A stretch of 64,000 bases of DNA, taken from positions 82,276,001 through 82,340,000 of the forward strand of contig OZ076409.1 in assembly GCA_964187785.1 (NCBI GenBank). The letters are read 5' to 3'. This document shows, in pieces, positions 31,989 to 42,229 of the stretch. How positions within the stretch are numbered: position 1 is the stretch's first letter; each line of letters starts with the position of its first letter. Under the pieces are notes generated by a model that was not told the DNA's origin, did no database searches, and saw nothing but the letters and a program-made list of their open reading frames with translations. This DNA comes from Amphiscolops sp. MND2022. Lineage: Eukaryota. Made by a program: the position numbers and the translations under genes.

Positions 31989-34900
31989 TCAACACTTCTT
32001 CGAACTAGAAGCGTCGCCTGACTGTTTCTTGGATTTTTTCTTATTCTTGACGGACGACTCATTCTTCTTGGACTCTTTTGATGCCGAGACAGCAGGTCGT
32101 TTAGTCGGTGTTTTAAGTGCAGCACTTCCAGCAACAGACGAGCTCCCCCGTCCGGAACGACCACCAGACGACGCAGCAAACACGTTGACATCAGTGGCAC
32201 TCCTACGCACACGCTGATTAGCAGTCCGGAATCGTTGGTAAGACTCATCCTTCTTGCGCTTTATGTGCGCCTCGAACAACTCGCTGTAATGACGAACAAA
32301 CTCATCGCGATCAAGTAGACAGATACGCCTCCAGGGGTCAAAATCTGAAGAAGCAGTCATAAAATCTCGGGCACCAGAAAGAGCATCACGAACACAGTCC
32401 ATGGTGTGCTGGGTAAAGAAGGACCCCAGTTTAAAATCAGGACCTCGAACATAACTCTGTACTCCACGCAGACAGGAAGCAACAACTCCTGCGGGCACGA
32501 CACAACCATCTAGGGAGACTCTCACTTCAGGGCCACCGGGGGCAGGACGACGCATGACCAGGCAACACAACTTCAGGATACGGCACAAATCCTTCCGTGC
32601 CAAGAAACTGTAATCATTTAGAAGAAAACTCACAACATCCACAATATCTTCAGCACTCCTCTCAGCATCAGTATGCCGGCGTCGCGCGTCCACAACAAAA
32701 GTTACAAATTCTTCAGAGCCGGATTTAGCCTCCTCACTGCTCAGAGCTCCGCTCCGTTCCAAGACTCGCACCAACTTACTGAATAGGCGGAAGATGTAAC
32801 GATCATCGCCTTCAAGCAGGAGTTCGGGACAGAAAGCATAAACACCCTGCAGGAAATCTGACGCAACAAGGTTAGACCCCAGCAGTACGTCCACCAGACG
32901 GTCCATAAATTCCCGGCAACGATTACGGAACTCCTGCATCTCACCGGTCTTGCCTCGTTGCAATTCTTCTCCGAAACTGTGGTTTAGCAGGAAATCAGCG
33001 GTGTCTACCTTCTTGAATGTCTCGACTTTTGATACATCCATGTAAGCCTCCCAGTCGTGAAGATCAGGCAACCCAGAAAGCAGGCGAGTACGAGACAGCA
33101 AACAGTATATAAACTGGCAGATTTCCATGTAACAGTGGAAACCATAGTCTTCACGACCAGATAGCTGCTTCTTGAACGTACATCGATCTAAACAACAAAC
33201 TCATGTACTAACCATCAACCTCAAAGTACGACGATGAAACGACGTCCACTTACAAAGATCAAGCATATGTACAAGGAGCCCCAGTCGCAGCCGATTCGTA
33301 TTATCACAATAAATCTGACTGTCAGTGCCTCTCATCTAAAACATAACAACAGCAGTGTACTCTCGCGCCAATAAAACCCCAATTGCTCAAAAAAGGGAAA
33401 ACCGAAAAAGGAAATCAGAGGAAAATTACCACACAAACAAGTAAACAGGCCCACTAAACCAGGACTACTAACCATGTCAGTTTCGCTTTTAATGTGACGG
33501 GGCCCAGTGTAACGGACGAACTCCCTCACAGAGTTCCACACAGGAATCAGTTCAGAGGCAACTTCTCGGAGATCATGGAAAGACACTTGGCCAGCGACAA
33601 CACAACGACGGAGCACGACAGTATCTTCCAGCCACGGTTCTCGCAAAGCACCCCTCAAACGCAGCATCAGATAGTCGACCATGGCGGTGACTTCCATCAT
33701 GCCCAACACTTCCTGATGAGCCTGGCGATAACAACTGAGGAAGGTTTCGTCGGTGAAATTGCGACTGAGGATGAACTGGCAACCATCCTCGCGGACGTCG
33801 CTCAACACTCGCAGCAGCGAAGGACTCACACCCTCCACAGATATCGGCAGTTGTCCGCCAGGAACGCTCCCCAGGATGCAAGACAAGGAATTCAACTCAG
33901 CGAGGGGAACACGCTGACCCGCCGACTGTACATCGATGCACACTTCCAGCATCACATGCTTCTCCCACGTCCGTACAAGACACTGTTTTTCACTGCCCAG
34001 ATCCGTGAAAATGACACTGTAGCTCTTGAAATCACCAATCCGAGCAATCAGGGCACGAAGAACACGAGGGAACAGACCCTGACACAGCAACGACTACCAA
34101 ACACAATAGGAACGACTAAGTACAGATACCACGAATTCAAAGAAAATGGGGGAAGAAAGAAAACCAGAAAAACAACAGTCGTCACAGAAACGTTAGCCAG
34201 AAACTCACCAAAGACTCTCCTCGACTCCAAGTCATATTGTATAGTGGGTTCTCTGTACCAAGGGTAGCGCGAAAATGGCCCCACAACTTCCTCAACAACA
34301 GATAGTCACCTCCACTACGAAGCAGCTCCACAAGACAGTTGATCATCGTCATGATGGGAACACTCGAATCAGCCCGGGTGCACGCAGGCAAGAGATCCTC
34401 CGGAAAGCTGAAACCTTCAGGCTTCTCCTTAAATGGCCGAGACAGATACTCCTTCGTCTGCGCGTCACTTAGCTCCATGGGATCAAGCAGTTTGTTATAA
34501 ACTTGCAAGCCTTGATGGACACGGTAAGTAGCATCCAACAACCAATGCTTGTCACTCGAAAAATGCCGACTAATCTCACGGATGCCCTTGGTCGCGATTG
34601 AGACGTCCCGTTGACAGAGGGTGCAGAAGAAAGCAGTCTCAACCCCGGAACTCGATCCAGTCACAAACAATTCAAAAATCGGGTGATCTTTGACCATACT
34701 GCGACGCAAACGATTCCGCACATTTTGGGGACGTGGTGGTCGTCGTCGTGCCGGACTCACATTCTCGAGACTTGCCTCTACTCGCGTCACTAACTCTTCA
34801 AACTCTACAACAAAAACAACAACAATCAACTTCAACAACTCACCACTACCAGGTAAACCACCCAAAACTTCCCGACCGTATGCTATGACACAGCTATTTC

Positions 34901-36013
34901 AAAAAAAAAAAAAAAAAGAGAGAAAGAAGAAAGAGAGCAAAAGAAAAATCTCACTCACTAGTTACGAAGGGCTCCACAGTCCGAGTCTCCAATTCTGAAG
35001 CAACAGCCTCACCAAACAAAGCAGCTTGCTGGGAAGTATAGGCAGCGATCCCTGCCTGCGATTCTTCACCCCCGCTACTCTCGATCTGGAAGGTCTGTGA
35101 CTGCGCAACAGTCGACAAAGTGACGGTACGACGTCGTTTCCCAGATGACACAATTGGAGTAGGAGGTGCAACTATAATAACAGACGAATCCCAAGTACAA
35201 TAATAAAGCAAACCAATGACATCGTACCCAATTTCACAAACCCCCAATCATATAAAGAGAAAACAAACTAAAGACAACTCACCTCGGGCTGCTGGCGAAG
35301 GCGATTCTATTCTACCGAAGGTAGCAGCAAAATCAGGCAGATACCGAGAGAAATTGGGAGAAGCTATGGCACTCTTGACAGCTCCCTCTTCCGCAACAGT
35401 CTTCTCAACCAATTCTCCTTTCTTCTTCGCCGGAGGGCAGACGTCCTCACCTACGCGAGGAGAAGACAACCCAGTATTCTTTGACTTCGTAAGGAAAGAC
35501 GAAAGTGGCACATCTGAGTCGTCTTGATGGGAAGGAGTTGGGGCACAAGTCAAGGAGGCAGTGGCACCAACAGTTACATCAGCAACCTCAATCAAAGGAA
35601 CGATGACATCAGTAACTCCAGGAGTAGGAGCAGGAGGTTCAGAAACAACAAAGGCAACCGCAGGAACTTCAACGGGTGGCACAGGACTCGCAGGGACAGT
35701 AGCACTCGCAACAGCATGTTCCTCAGGTGGGACAACCGGCGCAGGGACGACAACAGTCGTAGCAGGAACTAAAAGAACACACATTCCTGTTGTCTTGACG
35801 CGTCAGAAAATCTAAGCGGTGGAAATACGGGCATGGAAAAGGCCTATCTATGCAAAGTATTATCCGCAACAGCTTAATGGACCAAGGAATGACAAACTCA
35901 CCTGCCAAACCAACATTATCAGCATCGCTCGGATACACGTCCCCCTCTGAGAACACATACTGCGTCTCGTTGCCACTCTGCACACCAGGATCCACTCGAT
36001 GGGGAGAAGTCAT
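31989..36013 (-). CDS. Antisense 8-exon gene inside the Gypsy element; ~1,115-aa protein with a BED-like C2H2 zinc finger and remote hAT-transposase-like motifs
   Basis: Predicted exons (minus): 36013-35902, 35768-35283, 35171-34959, 34882-34844, 34804-34209, 34093-33473, 33335-33254, 33187-31989, totalling 3,348 nt in one open frame. All seven introns are GT-AG with donors GTGAGT x5, GTTAGT and GTAAGT. Junction 3/4 has an alternative in-frame solution (34955/34893), and the 39-nt intron 34805-34843 could be retained in frame. Confidence 0.85.
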
Positions 36014-36453
36014 CACAAAGGACAATCTGAAAATAAGCCCAAAAATGACGTCATCATAACGGTGACAAAACCTAAAGCTGGTCAACAACCAGCGAAATTG
36101 ACGTCGGCAAAACGTCGACAAAAAGGTTATGAGGGTTGAAAAATTAATCCTATAATCTACAATGACGTCATCATAACGGTGACAAAACAAAAAGTTAGCT
36201 AAGCTAACGAAATTGACGTCAGCATAACGTTGACAAACTTGGCCAAGCGGAATAATTCAATTCGCAGCCAATAAAAAACGACGCTGGCACAGCGTCAACA
36301 CCTGAAGATTAAAAAGGATTAAAACGATTGTTTAACCAATCAGAATGGAGGGATTTATCCCAATATTCTCCTTAATCCTAATTAATCCCAAATTCATTGT
36401 GGAACAATTAAATACAAGCGACAGCTGCAAAAGAAAGAAACCTCGCAAAGAAG
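36014..36453. promoter_or_regulatory. Putative bidirectional internal promoter
   Basis: Lies between the divergent ATGs at 36013 (-) and 36454 (+). TGACGTCA palindromes at 36046, 36163 and 36214 (TGACGTCG at 36099) sit in a ~116-bp duplicated unit. Three CCAAT boxes at ~36268-36364. Confidence 0.55.
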
Positions 36454-37152
36454 ATGAATAATCTACTGGATATTTACGAATTGATCGACATCTCGTCGTC
36501 AAGTGAAGAAGAGGGTGAGATCACGAGGGCCTCTACACCACTACCTAGAGTCAACAAAGAATACCCTAGAATAATTGTTGAAATAATGAATTCGTCTGCG
36601 GAAGCTACCGCAGATGAGGAAGAATTCCTCGACCTCTCTCTGGACTCTCTGGAAGCTGAATGCAAAAGGATGAAACTCAGCACGAGCTTCGAAACTGTGG
36701 AATCAGGTCAATACCCACAATCGGAAAGTCCCGAAGAAGAAGTAATGGCCGACTCTCCAGAGAGCCCTGACGAAAGCTTGTCATCTGATATATTTGTTGT
36801 TGAACCCTCGGCAGACGATAAAGAATCGACAACGAGCAGTAAAGTAGCAGAATATCTCGAAAAAGTGCACCAGGAAGACGCCTCTTCTTACTTCAACACC
36901 CCGCCGGGAACGCCAAGGATGATAAACTTCTTGCAGCCAAGTCCTTTGAACGATTTGGAGAAGAGAGTACAGCCAGTCACCACTACTCTGACAATTGCCT
37001 CGCAACTCAGAGCCCCGGGCAAAGTCAATCTTCCTACAGGAGCGGCCCTGTCACAGCCCGCTCCCGGTCTGGCTTGTGGTTGCAGACGACTGAAGATCGG
37101 GAGAGGTCACGGAGGCAATCTGAGATTCCCCAGATCTTACTTCAACTGGTAA
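36454..37152 (+). CDS. 232-aa acidic, Ser/Pro-rich accessory ORF overlapping the first 104 nt of the 3' LTR
   Basis: ATG-initiated uninterrupted ORF with SIM-like segments ELIDISSSSEEE, IIVEI, EEEFLDLSLDS and SSDIFVVE. No recognisable enzyme domain. Confidence 0.65.
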   Translation: MNNLLDIYELIDISSSSEEEGEITRASTPLPRVNKEYPRIIVEIMNSSAEATADEEEFLDLSLDSLEAECKRMKLSTSFETVESGQYPQSESPEEEVMADSPESPDESLSSDIFVVEPSADDKESTTSSKVAEYLEKVHQEDASSYFNTPPGTPRMINFLQPSPLNDLEKRVQPVTTTLTIASQLRAPGKVNLPTGAALSQPAPGLACGCRRLKIGRGHGGNLRFPRSYFNW

Positions 37153-39560
37153 CTTTAAAACCTTACCCTTAGAATAAACTGTGACTAAGAACACGAAAAC
37201 AAACGTCCAACTCACGAAAAGTTTAAACAAAAATGAGAACTGAAATTAAAATTGAAATAAGATGATTTCACGCACATCCGGTAGGACGTCCTTAGTGCGT
37301 CAAAATAGAAACATTCGCCACCTGAAAATTAAATTAAAACTCGCAGTGAAATAAAGACCATAGACCGATCTAAATAGAAATATACCCAAAACCACCGTTG
37401 AAAAAGGACATTATCTGAATCTAAAATAGAAACTACATTGAGATGACACATTGAGTTATTCACTCCTTTTCTAAGAAAGGCAGCTTAATTGCACTTTGAA
37501 CAGCAATTAGTGCGGATTAGGACGTCGGTACTGCGCTAAGTAAACAAAATAAAGGATACATGTATATTAGATGTCGGTAAGAAGCAGACTTGAAAGTATA
37601 TAGCGTGACGTCACCGTTTCGTCCACGCTCACTAGAGAACCATTCCAATTTACCGCCTATATTAGAGACACTACTTGAAATCATTCCAATTTTCCGCCAT
37701 AGTGACGTCACGGTATTGCTTTTCTCGGCGAGGACTAATTCTACTTCAAATTTACGTCCGCGTTACGTCCACTATGTTGGACCAGGCCTAATACTAATAC
37801 GTACGTCCACGGTACGTCCAAATTCCATCAAGACGAGTTGTTTTAATCCACCCAGAAGTTATGATGAATATCAATCAAATTAAATTAGTGCTAGGAATGC
37901 GTTTAGAGTATTTGGTGTTCCAACAAAATAATTAAAAGGGAATTTGGAGTCCCATGCCACGTTTTCGTCAAATATTTCCTTTGCCGGATAAATTTTACTC
38001 CAAAACTTAAGTTGAAATGGAAATCCCAGTATAATGTAGGTGAAAGTCACAGTTTATGGGCATGACGAAAGTAATTCGATGATATTTTCATATTGGAAAT
38101 ATATTTTCATACATTTGTACTTTTGTACTGCATAAAGTGCGTGCTACAACCTTGTTGTTTAATTGGACGTCGGTACGTCGTCACCCCCTAATCAGAATGT
38201 GCATTATTCTAACCCTAACGTGGATGAATCAAGAGTAAATGTTTGTATTACATTTGTGCGTTCTGTAGTGAATGGAATCTGGTGTTAGAAGGTTTTGAAC
38301 TCTTGCTTGTTCAGAGATTCCATGAAGTGCCGTCCTCATACCGTCAGATGTTTTTGTTCAAGATTACTATTTCATGTACAAGTTAAAATCTGTTGACAGA
38401 GTATTATGCATATTTACCAAATAAGCGCTAAAATGATATTAGACGCTATTTGTAAGTGAAGTATTAATAAATTTGGACAAAAGTCTGAATTAGACAACCT
38501 AGTCCATCAATCCACCAAACGCCAATGTGTCGTTGCTTTATTTTGTTAATCGTTAATCATTTAATTTGAAACTAATTTGAGATTGTTGCTAATTCTTTGA
38601 GCTTGTTTCTCCTTCCTCTTTAGCATCATTGGAAATTATAGGGCTGAAAACATTAGTCATAGCATTTTTCTCGAGCAAAATATCAAAATTCAGGCATTAG
38701 TTGTTCATGCCGGCGTCATCTCAGCGTCAATTTCCCGCGAACCAAAGCAGTAAAACAGGGAATCATTTCCGGTTTGACAGACTGAAGTAATATCTACTTC
38801 CTGCTTGGGAGGAAACAAAAGGACGCCGAGCTGAAATAATATGATTACGGTTGATGACTAATGCTAGATTAGGTTTGCCGTGTCTTAAAATTTGACGGAA
38901 TGTCAGCGCAAATTTGGGAACTTCGTGATTTTTTCATCGATAAAACAGGAAATGACTAATTGTTCGAAGGAAATTAGGGATTATGATCGTGATCAAATGA
39001 TGCTAGGAGGGTATAAATATGATAGGATTTGATGATTGGGGGACTCAGTCCTTAGTAATTGTACAATTCAGTCGAATTCTCAATTTCACTCTCACCTTAT
39101 TCTACTTTTGTCAGAAAATATTTGAAAGAAATTCAATTCTTCAAATCCAAACTTTTCTACAAAATGTCTACAACAAGAAGCCAAAAAAGAAGAAATGATC
39201 AGCAAAGCACCAGTGAGAACGTAAGTGAAGGCTTGATTTCACCTATAGTGGTAGGAAATCCTTGTCCTTTGAACCGGGACGATGAGGTAGCGGGACCTTC
39301 CAATCCAAAATCCCCCCGGATTGAGAATAGTCTCTTAGAAAGTTTGAGAGCCTCTTTGAAAGAGGAAATAACTTCGGAAATTAAGAATCTTCTTATCGAA
39401 TCCCAGAAGGAGATGTTAAAACTCTTGAAACCTGAAACAAGGGGAATCATTAGGGAAAATACCGAGGAGGAAGTAGAAGAGGAGTCTAGAAACTTTTATA
39501 CTCCCACAAAATCAGTAAGAATAAGTTCTACTCAAAACGACCCGATAATATGTCGTAACA
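37049..39560 (+). repeat. 3' LTR (2,512 bp), including a truncated copy of the Gag N-terminus (39164-39589)
   Basis: Direct repeat of 23373-25884, followed by TSD TCTTC. Confidence 0.98.
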
Positions 39561-42229
39561 TCTTCCTTGGACTAAAGACCACTGCTTAATTAGCCTCTAA
39601 AAAGGGGGCCAAAAAACTGAATTAGAGTTAAACCATAGTTTAGGGAAATCTGATAAATCGCCAAGAAAGAACAGTAGCACAGATGGTATTTAGACAGCTC
39701 TCGAGCATATCAATCTAAACTGCAACCAATACAATCAAATATAATAGTTTGAGTGCGTTCTCCGTCGAAAAAGAAGATCAAAAGGATGCCCAGCGATCGA
39801 GCTGGTCACCACAGAACACAACACCACTGGGATGTTCAAGCAGACATCTTGATTCACGGGTTTCTGCTACAAAAGTAGAGAAATCTTGTCGGAGATAGGC
39901 ACAATTCCGTGAAAAAAACGTCAGAATAGCTGCACTAGCTGGTATTGCTTTTTTCGTTCTCGCGGGCGGCGTCTCGTCACTTCTGAGGCTGTTTTCTGGC
40001 AGGTCTTTGACCGCAGACATGTTCAGGCTGCCACGTCAGATTTGAACGAAATTTTGGTACTTTGTTGAAAATCATCGAAAATTGTTGACATCAGCAGTTG
40101 CCGTTACATTTTTTCTCGCTGAAATATTTTCTCCACTTTGTTACAGTCTACTGGTAGTACTTGTTGTCAAAAGGTAGTATCCTCGACCGAATTCAAGCAA
40201 AAATTTTAACTGCGGTCGGAAGGCATTCCGGTGCTCAGCGAGCAATTTATTGAAGCAGAGCTGAAAAAGTGAAAGATTTGAGATTGAATAGGTTTTACTT
40301 CATCTTGAAAAATTCTTTGGTGAGGAAACATTTTGGTGAAATTGGAGACATGAAAAAACTCATGTTGTTGAAAAAATTCACAGGGGGTTTACTTCGAAGT
40401 GCGCAAAAAGTTAAAATTAACTTGAAAGGCACTAAATCCGTTTGTCGATTTTACTTAAGTAGAAATTTATGTACAAAAGAAACGAAAAACAGACTTTTCA
40501 GCGTGACCATGCCTCGAGGCTTGATATAAATTATTAGTCACAGTGAAAGTCAGTTCTCTTCAAAATGCGACGAAAAGTAAATGAAGTTACAGAATGTATT
40601 CCGAGAAATTCACCGAAGAACATCGGCTTCAAGATGCTCATGTAAAACATGGAACCCCCCACGCGCACACACTTTTCAAAATGATGTTTTTGCAATTAAT
40701 TATATCTCAATTGAGTTCATACGGAGGCAACAAATCAAAGGAAAAGACTTACTTGTAGAAATATTGATGAATGATATAGTCAAATATAATCCTTTATGTT
40801 GGTTGAGTTTGTTTTCTCTAAAAAGCGTGGGTGGTTGGATTGGAAAAAGGGCCAAAACATGAATGCATTTCACTTTTTTCCTTCACCCCGATGTTCAAGT
40901 TGAAAGGTCAAAAATGGTCATATAATAATATTCCGATATTCTTTCTTTGAAAAAGGAAAATGATGAAAGACTGATACAAATGTTTGGATACAGATACAGT
41001 TACTTCTGGGATATTCGGCCATTCAATATTTTGAAATTACGGCAAAAATGCAATTTTACGAAGCACGTGGTTGTAATCTTATATTCACTCACACAAATAC
41101 TATTTTGGATCTAAGTTGCCAACAAACAATGTCTTTGAAATCAGCCAAGAAGACTAGAGGCAAGACTTCGTCCCTGGAGAAACCAATTTCTAAGAGAGGA
41201 ATTCCAGAAGCTCCCAAAATTGTGGAAACATGGAAACTGGATCATGAAGAAGTCCAAAGGAGAAAGCACTCAAGGAAACCTGCTTTTCCCTGCATTTGGA
41301 TACTAATGAAATTTTTATAAAATTTATGGATATTGTTGATTGGATCTTATGAACTCCGACTTGATCTAACATTTACTCAAACAATGGTTCTGTATGTGGA
41401 AACTTGTTGCCATAAAAAAACTTATGGTCATGCATTCATTAAACTGTTTTCATATATGGCCATTAGATGAACTAGATAACTTCATATATGGTCATCAGAG
41501 TTGGAACCAAGCACGTGATTAAATGTTGATGGCCGGGCCGGGCGGGCTTATAGCCGGGATTTTTCGAGCTTAATTTTTTTCGGGCCGGGTATAACAATTC
41601 GGAGAATAAATTGAAAATTTATACATTATACATGCTCAGTGCAGTTGCTAAAGAAATATTCTCAGGGAAAGCAACCAGTGCTCAAAGTGAATGGGATTTT
41701 AGTCAAGCAGTTCTTTTTCGCACAGCTCGTAGATCCCAGATTTTTAAATCCTTAGTTTTCGATAACTAAGGTCCGGATACAAAGACTAACAGAACAATAT
41801 TTATTGAACTCGGAATAAATTATTTTGGGATATTGTAGAGTATTGAAGATCAAGATAACAATGAATTGAATGAGAAAATTATCACCGCCAAAACCAAAAC
41901 TTGATCACAAAACATGAGAATATGAGTCACCTTTTAATCTGAATAGCAAGGCCTTTTCGATAGTATTTTTCAATGTAATTTTACCAAAAACGGAGTAATA
42001 TTTCCAAAATATGAAATATTAGTTTGTTTTAAATTAACGATATTGCTACCGCAACATCCTCCGGGCCCAAGAAGATGAAAGTTTTATAGTGCAAAAAAAA
42101 TATATATTTTTTAATGTTTTGTGAAACATGTTTTCACATGAAAATTAATTTTTTCATACATGTTGATACGTGAAGCATAAATGAAGGAAGTGGAGGAAAC
42201 AGAACATTCTTTATTCGGGAAGGGGAAGG

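Larger units (their letters stand above)
23373..39560 (+). mobile_element. Intact 16,188-bp Ty3/Gypsy LTR retrotransposon with giant LTRs and extra genes
   Basis: TG...CA LTRs at 23373-25884 and 37049-39560, with only one difference noticed (25693 A vs 39369 T). 5-bp TSD TCTTC. PBS TGGTGACAGGAGT. Uninterrupted gag and pol in PR-RT-RH-IN order. Confidence 0.98.
23173..40108 (-). mobile_element. Old ~740-bp TGTAACG...CGTTACA LTR (23173-23372 plus 39566-40108) split by the giant Gypsy insertion
   Basis: Termini TGTAACGAC (23173) and GCCGTTACA (40108). Both halves are homologous to the copy at 8251-15361 in opposite orientation. No clear TSD. Confidence 0.65.

Noticed and set aside
33494..34267. 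257-aa plus-strand ORF
   Set aside because: Mirror frame of the antisense exons with no motifs, best explained as a shadow ORF. The same applies to 53144-53968 and the short ORFs opposite the pol genes.
31853..37048. An env gene in the post-pol region of the giant Gypsy
   Set aside because: No long sense ORF with a signal peptide, furin site or transmembrane anchor. The coding signal is on the antisense strand and spliced.
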